NCBI RefSeq assembly: GCF_036321535.1
Contig: NC_087437.1
Coordinates: forward strand, 26,476,001-26,540,000
Length of the DNA stretch: 64,000 nt
Direction: 5' to 3'
Source: Camelus dromedarius
Lineage: Eukaryota
The translations under genes were made by a program, and so were the position numbers. The notes under the pieces were generated by a model that saw only the letters and a list, made by a program, of their open reading frames with translations, was not told the origin of the DNA and searched no databases. This document shows positions 13,101 to 24,490 of the stretch, piece by piece. The number at the start of each line of letters is the position of its first letter. Position 1 is the first letter of the stretch.

Positions 13101-13644
13101 TGGCCCCATGGACTTCATTTTTATTTTTGCGAGCATAGTAATTAGTAGTTCAAAATATTTTGTCTATTTTATCTGGTGTTTCTGAATATTTATAGTACAG
13201 CTGTGCTATATTAGTTCTGCCCATTTTGCTGCTAGAACCACTGCAAGTGCAATGACTAATAGTTGTTTGAAAATTTTATTAGTTTGTAACTTAGAAAAAT
13301 TCCAACCCTCTCATTCTTGATCCAGTGGTCTTTGTAACCTAAAGCCTACCATTTGTATTTTCACAAACAAACTGTTATATGTTATTTATAATGTTTCTGT
13401 CAGAGTAAATTAAAGATAATTTAGGTCAATAAATAAAAATTCTAGGATAATTTATGGGGTAACTAATCACTAATGATAACTTATCATTAACATTTTAATT
13501 AATAATATTGTGATTAGAATTTAAATAAATTGAATTGATTTATAGCAGCTATCTAGAAACTTAAAAGACATTTATTATTTTAATGGCCATTTTCCATTTG
13601 CATATTGAATATCTGATTCCCTTTTTTTTCTCTTTTATATTTAG

Positions 13645-13738
13645 ATCACAAAATTTGTCCAGGATAGACATAGAGCTAGAAGAAACAGACTTCGTAAAGA
13701 TCAACTTAAGAAACTCCCTGTCCATAAATTCAAGAAAG
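13645..13738 (+). CDS. RNF13: RNF13 coding exon (basic juxtamembrane segment)
   Basis: tatatttAG acceptor and AAG|GTAAGT donor; 94 nt; ITKFVQDRHRARRNRLRKDQLKKLPVHKFKK(G), in frame with the previous exon. Confidence 0.97.
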
Positions 13739-14469
13739 GTAAGTGAATATTTTTATTTGCTAAGTAACCACCCTTAGTTTATTGAAAAATACATGGTGAT
13801 CATATTCTAATGCTACCTTCTAAGTCCTTACCATACTGCTTTTTCCTAACACTCAGTTAATAGTGAATGAATGAATGTGGGAGATGGTCTTTTCCTTTGG
13901 TATACCTTGGTGGAGGCAAGAAGAGGGTACTTGGTCTTCAAAGATTGAAAAATCATTGTGAAACTGACCAAAATGTGTTTTATTATCACTACATGCCGGA
14001 AGTTGTAAACATCAGTGGATAAAAGACTTCTCTGCACCAGGGTGGTCTGTCTGCTCCCACTGAGCTTCCTTCCACTCTCTCTCCCACCATACGCCACTGT
14101 ATTAACATTGCATTAACTAAACACATTGTTTATAGTGTTGTGTTAACTGAACACTATAGGTAGCTATTATGTGTCAGTATATTTTAGGTGAATCATCTCA
14201 TTTAACTTTCATATTTTTATGAAATGGGTACTACAATGGGTATTTTATAGGTGAAGAAATAGAGGGTCAGGTCAAAAAGGCAAAATATTTAACGTCACAC
14301 TGCCAGTACTGACAGAGCTGGAGAGGGGCATGGGTCTAAAATTCTAGCAAATGTGGTTTCCCCTACCTATGCTTTAGTGAGCTTTTAGTGCAGGTGCATG
14401 CTTGTTAAATCTTTTGGGCCAGTTCCCAGCCTTTTCGATTTCATATACCAGTAAAAATGTTCTGTTTTT

Positions 14470-14740
14470 TTTAATTGAAGTATAGTTAATTTACAGTGAG
14501 TGTTTCTGCTATACAGCAAAGTGATTCAGTTATACATATACATATATTACTTTTCATATTCTTTTCCATTATAGTTTATTACAGGATGTTTACTATAGTT
14601 CCCTGTGCGATACAGTAGGACTTTGTTGTTTATTTATTTTATGTATAGTTTTTATCTGGTAATCCCAAACTCCTAATTTATCCCTCCCCTGACCTGTTTC
14701 CCTTTGGTAATCATGAGTTTGTTTTCTGTGTCTGTAAGTA
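14470..14740 (-). mobile_element. Short L1 3' end
   Basis: ttaattgaagtatagttaatttaca...tacagcaaagtgattcagttataca. Confidence 0.8.
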
Positions 14741-15129
14741 TAGCATTAAAACTTAATTCCATCAAATATACTTCAATTAAAAAAAACTTAGTTCTGCAAA
14801 ATTTTTATTTTTCCAAGTAACAAACTGTTTAAAAAAACGTAACATTTATAATAACCATTATTTTATGAAAAATGTAAAATTTAACAACAAAAAATAGGTT
14901 AACTCACATGTTAAAAGAAATAAATAGTGACATAAAAATGCAGTGCACTGTCATCATGCAGTGTGGATTAAGTAAAAGTTATTTATAGACCAATTTGAGG
15001 ACTGGCTTTAGGAATCACTTTTTTAAACTCCATTTTGTGTGTTTGTTTTTGTGTTTCCTAAAACCAGGAAAAAAATGTTAAAAAAAAAAAAGTAATGTTG
15101 ATATTGTGCTGGGCTAAAAGGGGCATGCA

Positions 15130-16290
15130 TAGTTTGCTTTTGTTCTGAGTAAGATGAGTAGCCATTGTAGGATTTTGAGCAGAGAAAAGATCAGATCTAA
15201 ATGAAAAGTTAGGCTACTGCAGTAACCCAAGTGAGAGATGAATGTGGCTTGGACTAGAGTGGTAGCAGTAGAGGAGGTGAAGAAATCTTAAATTCTAGAT
15301 ATATTTGCAAGATGGAATGTACTGGATTTATTGATGGACTAGATGTGGGGAGAGGAAACAAGGATGAGTCCAGATTTTTTTGTTTCAGCAACTGGCAGGA
15401 TAGCATTGCCTTAAATGGAAATAAGGATGTTTAATAAATGGTGGAGCAGGTTTTAGGAGAAAATTTGGGAAATCAGTTTTGGATATGCTGAATTTCAGAT
15501 GTCTGCTAGACATTTAAATGAGTCTGGAGTTCAAGAGAGGGGTCTGCACTGGGAGCATAAGTATAAAGATGTATTTAAATCACGAGACTGGATTAGATTA
15601 CCAAGAGAATGAGTATAAATGGATGGAAGAATACCAAAGACATGGGGACATACCAGCATTAAGGAAGAAGAGGAATCAGCAGTGGAAACTGAGAAGGAGT
15701 GACCAGTTATATAGGGGAAAATCAGAAGAGAGTAGTTTACAGAAAACAAGTGATGCAAATCTCTAAGGAGCAAGGAGGGCTCACCTGTGTCAAACGCTCC
15801 TGAGAGCTATGTAAGATGACAATTGACTATTAGAGGTTATTGACTGTCTTAATGAGCAGTTTCAACAAAATGGTCAAGCCAAAAACCCAATTGCGGTGGG
15901 CTTGAGAATGGAAGGAGAGGGATAGCAACTTAAGACAACTTTTCCAAGAACTCTAACTACAAAGGGGAGCAAAGAAATGGTGCAGTAGCTGGTAGGGGAA
16001 GTTTGGCTAAGAAATAACAGCCTATTTGCTGAAGGAAATTGGTGATGTAGGTGATAGGTGGGAGAATTGCTGTAATAATATTTTTGAGAAGGCAAGAAGG
16101 CATGGGATCTGGTGTACAAATAGGTGGGTTGGCCTTAGATAGTAGCATGGAGCGCTGAGCTAAGGGAAGATAGAATCTGTGGGTGCAAAATCCTGGTAGT
16201 GGTTATGGTGGTGAGCCTGTAGAAGTGTTCTTTACTTCATTTTCTCAGTGAAGTAGGAAACACCATCATCTACTGAAAGTTGAGGATAAG
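15130..16290 (-). mobile_element. L2 fragment
   Basis: Purine-rich ggattttgagcagag...gtaacccaagtgagagatgaatgtggcttggactag, typical of L2; approximate. Confidence 0.7.
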
Positions 16291-17969
16291 AGAGGAGATG
16301 CTCTAGTTTTAAAAACAGAAAGTTATAAAATATTATTCTAAGAGAGCAGATGGGCAAATGGACTAGGGAAATATAATATGATTTCCTGGGGGCCTGAACC
16401 CTTTCAGGTTCAAAGTTATGAACCAACAGCACAACTGTGTGTTTTTCTCTAGCCATGTTTATCTGTTTGGAGTGGTGTTTATCTTTACCATTTAAGACAT
16501 AGAACATCACTAGCATTGCAGAAACTACTGTGTCCCCTTCTAGTTTGTAATCCTTTCCTCCCCACTGGAAGTAATCACTGTGCTGGTTTATGATAATCAT
16601 TTCATTGCCTTTCTTTTAAGTTTTATCACTTATGTATACATTCCAAAACAATATGATTTAATTTTTCCCATTTTTTAAGGTGTATTTTTTGGTCTTACCC
16701 TTTTTATTAACATTTTTTGGTGAAATTAACCTTTATTGCATGTATATGTAGTTCATTCACTTCCGTTCCATTTTATAAATATTTATCCATTTTACTATTG
16801 ATAGAAATTTGAGTTTTTGTTTTATTTTTTTATTTTTTTACTGAAGTATAATTGATGTATAGTGTTTTGTTTTCCCAGTTTAGGGCCATTACAGACTATG
16901 CTTTTAGGAACATTCTTGTACATATATCTGATGTATATGAACATGAATTTCTTTAGAGTATTCTTCTCTAGAAGTAGGTTATTGGTGGCTCGTAGGATAT
17001 ACCTACCTTCAGTTTTATTGGACAATGCCAAGTCTTTTTCAAAGTGATGATAGTACCGGTTTATATGCCCATCAATAGTGTATAGGAGTTCCTGTTGTCC
17101 CACATATGAACCAATATTTTGTACTGATTGACTTTTAATTTAGCCAATCCAATGGGTTTATAAAGATAACTCGCAGTGGTTTTAATTTATGTTTCCCTCC
17201 GTGTCAGTGAGGTTAAGTGCCTGTTTATAGATTTATTTACTAGTTAGATTTTCTCTTTGATGAAGCACTTTTCATGTCATTTTCCTGTTGGGTTGTCCTC
17301 CCCACTTTTCACATGTAAGAGAAATTCTTTGTATGTTCTTGCAACCTCGTCCTGGAGTTGTGGTGTGTGTTGAATCAGTTCTCCACTGATTTTGTGTGTC
17401 TTAACTGTATTCTAGTTTATGACTTATTTTTTCATATGACTAAAGTTCTTTTATGATAGTGTTTTTAAACATGTGTATGGCATGTTTTAAAACAACTTCT
17501 TCCATACTCTAAGATCTAAGATACTGTGTTATCTTCTGAAAGCTTTATAGTTTTGCCTTTCATATTTGTGTGTTTAGTCTACTTAAACTGATCCTGTAAA
17601 GTAGGGGGCCCAGTATAAGTTGTTGCCAATTTGATATTTTATATAAGGATATCCAGTGTCCCAGAGCTAATTATTAAAAATACACTGTTGGCAGTGTCAG
17701 TTCACTTCTAACATAACAAAGTGTCCACGTATGTGTGAATTTGTTTCTGGACTTCTGTTGGTCTTACTGTTTATCCTTACAGGGATATCATTCTATCTCA
17801 GTTACTATCTAGGTTTATGGTAAGTCTTGATATCTGATAGAGTTAGTCCTCCCACCTTGCTCCTCTTCAACAATTTTTAGCTATTCTTGACACTTTGTAT
17901 TTCCATGTCAATTTAAAATCAACTTGTCAAGGCCACCCTGCCTCCAAACATACACATACAATTATTGTA

Positions 17970-18800
17970 TTTTTTGTAGTAAACTATCCATAACATAAAA
18001 TGTGCCATTTTAACAATTTTTAAATGAAAAGTTCAGTGACATTTCCTGTATTCACCTTGTTGTGCAGTCATCACCACCATCCATCTCCAGAACTTTTCCA
18101 CCGTCCCAAACTGAAACTCTGTACCCAATAAACAGTAACTCTCCACTTCCCCCTCCCACCAGCACATGGCACCTACCATTCTGCTTCCTATCTCTATGAA
18201 TCTGACTACTCTAGTTACCTCGTATAAGTAGAATAATAAGTGACTCGCTTATTTCACTTAGCATAATGTCCTCAAGGTTCATCTGTGTTGTAGGGTCATC
18301 CATGTTGTAGCATGTGTCAGAATTTCTTTCCTTTTTAAGCCTGAATAATATTCATGATATTCTTTGTACATACCACGTACTGTTTATCCATTCATGTTTC
18401 AATGGATACCTGGGTGCTGTTGTGAATAATGCTGCTATAAACATGGAGTTACAAATATCTGAGTCTCTGCTTTCAGTTCTTTTGGGTATATATCCAAAAG
18501 TGGGATTAGTGGATTAAATGGTAATTCTCTGTTTAATTTTTTGAGGAATGCCATACCATTTTCCACAGTGGCTGCATCATTTTATATTCCCACCCGCAGT
18601 GCACAAGTTTCCAGTTTTTCTACATCCTTGCCAACACTTGTCATTTTCTGCCTTTGGTATATCCCTAATGGATGTGACATGGTATCTCGTTAATGTGGTT
18701 TTGATTTGCATTTCCAGATTAGTGATGTTGAGCATGTTTTCATGTGCCTGTTGGCCATCTGTCTGTCTTTGGAGAAATGTCTACTCAAGTCCTTGGCCTT
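17970..18800 (-). mobile_element. L1 (L1MB-like) 3' end
   Basis: Reverse-complement homologue of 8008-8660 (catccatctccagaac, ttttgggtatatatccaaaagtgggatt). Confidence 0.85.
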
Positions 18801-18963
18801 GTTGTATTTGTCTTTAACCTTTCAGGATGTAATTTCAAACTTAGAAAACTTTGCTTCAAAGTTTAAAAACTTCTGTTCTGAGAAAGACTGTCAAGACGGC
18901 AAAAAAAAAATTCTTGCATAAATTGTCCCAAAACACCCTTTACTCAGATTCACCTGTTACTTA

Positions 18964-20020
18964 CTGTATTAGTTTCCACAGGGCTGCCATAGCAAAAGTA
19001 CCTCAAACGAGATGGCTTAAAACAATTGGAATTTATTTTCTCACAGTTCTAGGAGCTGGAATTCCAAAATCAGGGTGTTGGGAAGGTTGTTTCCTTTCTA
19101 ATCTAGGGAAGGATTCTTCCTTGCCTCTTCCTTGTTTCTGGTGGTTTCTGGCAATCCTTGGCTTTCCTTGACTTGTGGCAGCGTAACTCCAATCTCTGCC
19201 TCCATCTTCATATGGCTTTCTCCCATGTGCGTGTGTGTGCGCGCATGTGTCCAGATTTCCATCTCTTTTATTTTTTTTTCATTTCTCAGTGTTATTAGGT
19301 AGAATTGTTACAATTTGACTGCACATATACAATATATTACATGTAAATACATATACACAATATACTGCACATATTTTTAAAAATTTACATATATGCACTG
19401 TTCATTGTTTCTAAGGCAAATCATGTCTTCTTAATCTCCTTTAATCTGGCACAGCCCCTTCTCCATTTGTCTGTCATTGTATTGACTTCTTTAAAGAAAA
19501 CTCCAGGTCTGTGTTTATAGAATGCCCCACAATTTGGATTTGTCTGATTGTTTTCTCATGATTAGATTCAGGTTAAACATTTTTGGTGGGATTGCCATGT
19601 ATGTTGCAGGTCGACAAACCACGACCTGTGGGTGTCCAACCTGCCACCTGCTTTTATAAACAAGGTTCACTGAAACACGGCCACACCCGTTTGTTTTCAT
19701 AGATAGGCACTGCTTTTGTGTTTCGGTGGCAGTCACATGGCTGTGGCAGAGACTGTATGGCTCACAAAAAACTGAAATATTTATTACTGGCCTTCACAGA
19801 AATAGTTTGCTGTTCCCTGAGGTTGGTGATCCCTTCGTGTTGCATCACAGCAGGAAGCACTTGGTGTCACATTGTCCCATTATTCAAATTTCCATTTCTT
19901 ATAATGACACCCAAATCCATTATAACCTCATCTTAACTTGGTCACATCTGGAAGGAACCTATATCCAAACACATTAACATTCACAGGTTCCGAGTGGACA
20001 TGAATTTTTGGAGGCAACCT
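18964..20020. mobile_element. MLT1 (ERVL-MaLR) LTR, split by an insertion at 19268-19884
   Basis: tgtattagtttcc...gatggcttaaaacaa..gaatttattttctcacagttctaggagctggaa; resumes cttataatgacacc...acattcacaggttcc. Confidence 0.8.
19607..19819. mobile_element. MER58A-like hAT-Charlie MITE
   Basis: caggtcgacaaac...aacaaggttcactgaaacacggccacaccc...aaaatatttattactggccttcacagaaatagtttgctgttccctg. Confidence 0.8.
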
Positions 20021-21070
20021 ATTGCTTTATCATTTTTGGTTTCCCTCTTTATGTATCTATATAAAATTTTTCACCTGAATAATTTAAGACTAAGTTATGT
20101 ACATCACGATTCTTTATGTCTAAATATTTTCATGTTTATTTCTTAAGAATAAGGAGATTCTTTTGTGGTACTTCATTAAATCGTCAACTTCCAGAAATTT
20201 GTTGATAGACTATTTTAATCTAATTAATTGGCCTTTTTCTAGTTTTGCCATTTATTCCAATAGGTTTCTTTATATTATTTTTTCTTCCAGTATAGTATCC
20301 AGTCTAGAATCACCTCTTGCATGTAGTTAAGATACTTCTTTAGGTTTTTTTAATCTGGATTTGTTCTTCAGCCTTTATCTTTTATGACACTGACATTTAG
20401 AATAACACAGTGCCCCCTGTCCTTTGTTAAAAACACTTTTGTTTTTAATTAATAGATTTTTATTTTTAGAGCAATTTTAGATTTACAGAAAAATTGAGTA
20501 CAAAGTACAGAGAGTGCTCATATGCCCCTCCCTTCTTAAATTACCCCTAATATTATCATCTTTCATTAGTGTGGTACATTTGTTACAAATGATGAATGAA
20601 TACTGATATATTATTAACCTAAGTACATAGTTTGCATTAGAGTCTACTCTTTGCATGGTACGATTGTATGTACTTTGACAAATGTGTAATGTCATGTGTC
20701 CACCATTATATCATACAGAATAGTTTCACTGCTCTAAAAATCCCCTGTGCCCCATCTATTCATCCCTTTCTCCTTCCCTCTCACAAACTACTGATCTTTT
20801 ACTCTCTCTGTAGTATTACCAGTTGCAGACTGTCATACAGTTGGAATAGTAAATATGCACTTAAGTTTCTTCCATAACTTTTTGTGGCTTGATCCTTTTA
20901 TTTCCTTTTCTTGTGCTAGTTGCTCTGGGTAGAGGCTCCAGTACAGTGTTAAATAGCAGTAGTGAAAGTATGCACGCTTATCTCGTTCCTGATCTTGGGA
21001 GGAAAGCTTTTAGTCTTTTACCATTGAGTATTATGTTAGTTGTGTGATTTTTTTTTTAATGCCATGTATC

Positions 21071-21887
21071 CAATGAAAAATGGGCAGAAGACCTAATAGA
21101 CAATTCTCCAAAAGAAGACATACAGATGACCAATGGGCACATGGAAAAATGCTCATCATCACTAATTATTAGAGGAATGCAAATCAAAACTACAATGAGA
21201 TACCACCTCACACCAGTCAGAATGGCTTTCATCAAAAAGTCTACAAACAATAAATTCTGGAAAGGGTGTGGAGAATAAGGAACCCTCCTACACCATTGGT
21301 AGTAATGTAAATTGGTGCAACCACTACAGAAAACAGTATGGAGATTCCTTAAAACACTAAAAATAGGGCTACCATATGATGTAGCAACCCTACTCTGGCA
21401 TACATCCAGAAAAGACAGAAAATCTAATTTGAAAAGATACATGCACCTCAGTGTTCCTGGCAACACTATTTACAATAGCTAAGACATAGAAGTAACCTAA
21501 ATGTCCATCAACAGATGAATGGATAAAGAAGATATGATGTATAGGTACAATGGAATATTACCCAGCCATAAAAAAGAACGAAATATTGCCATTTGCAGCA
21601 ACATGGATGGACCTAGAGATTATCATATTAAGTGAAGTAAGTCAGGCAGAGAAAGACAAATATTATGATATCACTTATATGTGGAATCTAAAAATAATAC
21701 AAATGAATCTATATACAAAACAGAAATAGACTCACAGACATAGAAACAAACTTATGTTTAAAGGGGAAAGGGAGTGAAGGTAGGGGAAAATAGTACTCAC
21801 TTCAGCAGCACATATACTATATATAAAATATATAACAAGGATTTGCTGTATAACACAGGGAACAATGTTCAGTATTAAAAAAGAAAA
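21071..21887 (+). mobile_element. 5'-truncated L1 with TSD, nested in an older antisense L1
   Basis: TSD AATGCCAT(G/T)TATC at 21058-21070 and 21888-21900; A-rich tail; aatgggcagaagacct...caaatcaaaactacaatgagataccacctcacacc. Confidence 0.9.
21793..21819 (+). pseudogene. U6 snRNA 5' fragment (27 nt) inside an L1 3' UTR
   Basis: GTACTCACTTCAGCAGCACATATACTA vs U6 5' end GTGCTCGCTTCGGCAGCACATATACTA: 24/27 identical, all three differences G>A, two at CpGs. Confidence 0.7.
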
Positions 21888-22649
21888 AATGCCATTTATC
21901 ATGTTGATAAAGGACTCTTATTTAGATTAATTTGGGGGCATGTCTAGTTGTTCTGGTACCATTTTAGAAAGGACTATCCTGTCTGCCTTGCTGTCTTGTC
22001 AAAGAGCAGTTGAGTATATTTGTTTGGATCTATTTATGGGCTGTCTGTTCTGCCCCATATACCTATATAACTGCTCTTTCACTAATTCCATACTGTTATG
22101 ATTGTTGTAGCCTTATAGTAAGTCTTTAAGTGGAGGTAGTGCCTACTCAGGAGCTCCCCAGGTGTCTGCGTACAAGACTGCAGCCTCTCTGGAGCTGCAG
22201 TAAATTGTGATACTGGCGCTCTTACTTAGTGTGTGTCTGTGGTAAGGCAGACCCTAGTGCATGGTTTATCATCTTTGTTCTTAGAGATCCTCAACCTGGC
22301 ACTGCGTTCTTGTCAGTACTTGGATTCATCAAGACAGAAACTGTTCCCTTGGGCAGCCCCTCTACAATTCTGCCATTGGATGTACATTCTACACTTTTCC
22401 CTTCCCGGGTAGAAAACAGGGGTTGGGGGTTTCCTCCCGGGGAGAGGGGTTCTGGTGCAAGAGAGTTTTCTTATTGGGCTTTGATGCTGTTGGCTTCATC
22501 CTTGCCTAGGGTGCAGGAACCTTTTAACTGTTTTTTGGATTTCTCACAGAGGCATTTGATCTGTTTGTTAATGTCAAGTCTCCATTGTGGCAGGCAGATC
22601 AAGGGCAGGCTTCTTGTTCTGCCGTCTTGTTGACATCAGTCCTCTCCTT

Positions 22650-24490
22650 CACTTTTGAAGAATTCTAGGTTGGTGGATTTTTTTCCCCTCAATGCTTTAA
22701 ATATTTTACTCCATTCTCTTCTTGCTTGCCTGGTTTCTGAGGAGGGTCAGGTATAATTCTTATCTTTGTTTCTGTATAGGTAAAGGTATTTTTTTCCTCT
22801 GGCTTCCTTCAAGATCTTTTTTTTTTTAAATCTTTGGTCTTCTAAGTTTGAACATGACATGCTTAGGTTTCATGTTTTTTGGCATTTTCCTGCTTGGTGT
22901 TCTCTAATCTTCCTGGATTTGTGGTTTGTTGTCTTTCATTAACATGGGGGAATTCTTAATCATTACTCTTTTCTCTTTTTCTTCTCACTCTTCACATATG
23001 CTACACCTTTCTTAGTTGTTCTGCAGTTCTTGGGTATTCTAATTTTTTTTTTTTTTGAGTCTTTTGCTTTTCAATTTTGGAGGTTTCTATTGGCATATCC
23101 TCAAGCATAGAGATTCTTTCCTCAGCTGTGTCCAGTCTGCTAATGAGCCCATCAAAGGCATCTTTCATTTCTGTTCATATTTTTATCTTTAGCATTTCTT
23201 TTTAATTCTTTCTTAGAATTTCCATCTCTCTGCTTATTACATTGTTCTTGCATATTGTCTACTTTATTCATTAGAGCCCTTAGCATATTTATCACAGTTG
23301 TTTTAAGTTCATGATCTGGTAATTCCAACATCACTGCCATCTCTGAGTCTGGTTCTGATGTTTGCTCTTTCTTTTCAAACTGTGTTTTTTGCCTTTTAAT
23401 ATCCCTTGTAATTTTTTTGTTGAAAAATCTGGACATAATATTCTAGTGAAAGGAACTCCACTAAATAGGCCTTTAGTCCTGTGGAGGTAAGATTTAGGGG
23501 GATAGGAAGCATTCTGTAGCTCTTTGATTATGTCTCGGTCTTTTAGTGAGCCTGTGGCTTTGGGCTGTGAACTTCACAAGCGCCTCTTAGTTTTTTCTCA
23601 GCCATTAGTGGAAACTGATGGCTAGAGACATTGGAGTTGGGTATTTTCATTCCTCCATGTCAGTTAGATTCTGATAAAAACCCCAGTAGGTTATAATATG
23701 GTTAGATTGTTTATCCTTGAGGGCTTGGGAACAGAATGCTCTGGCATATTTTAAAGTGGCTACTTTTCCCCTCTCCTGCCAGAAGCCCAAGAGGATTTTT
23801 CTCCAGTATTCACTGTGAGAACCTGGTAGAGCTTCACAAGATAAAACTCACAATGTTCAGGCTCCTCTGGAGTTTTAAACTCTCAGACTTGTAACACACT
23901 GAGCAATTCATCAATTACAGTTGTTCAGTTTTCCTACCCTGGTACTGGTTCCTGTGGAAGTCTTTGCTCAGGGGGTTTCTGCTCTGATAAGCTGTGATTC
24001 TCTGTATGTATCTGTCTGAATATCCAATTTTAGGGGCAACAGTTCGCCCTGTGAGTTCATTTCTCTGTTGAAGAAGACTCATTGAATTTTGAGTTTGCTG
24101 AGCTTTTAACTTGTTGTTATGACAGAGAGGTGACTTCTAAGCTTCTTATATGCTGGACTAGAAAACCTCCCCTAGAGTTTTTAATTCTCAAACTGATCCA
24201 CACTGAGCCTCCAGCAATTTATCAGGTACAGTTTATGATTCCCTACCCGGTGCTATTTCCCACAGAGTCTTTTGCTCCTGGGCTTCTGCTCCAGTAAGTT
24301 ATGATTCTTTCTGTTTTCCAATCTGTCTGTTCAGTTTTGGGGCCAGCAGTTTTCTCTGTGACCTCAGTCCTTCAGTGGATCTAAAAAGAGTTGTTGATTT
24401 TCGTTTTGTTTAGTTTTTCCCTTGTTGTGGGCACAGGAGTGACAACTTCCAAGATCCTTGCATGCCAGATTGGAAACTAGAAGTCTATCC
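22650..24490 (-). mobile_element. Old L1 5' UTR/ORF1 region
   Basis: ORF 23152..23436(-) (MLELPDHELKTTVINMLRALMNKVDNMQEQ) resembles the L1 ORF1p N-terminal region. Confidence 0.75.

Noticed and set aside
21056..21466. 136-aa ORF and similar ORFs at 11050, 30866 and 58294
   Set aside because: Antisense or out-of-frame readings of L1 3' sequence.
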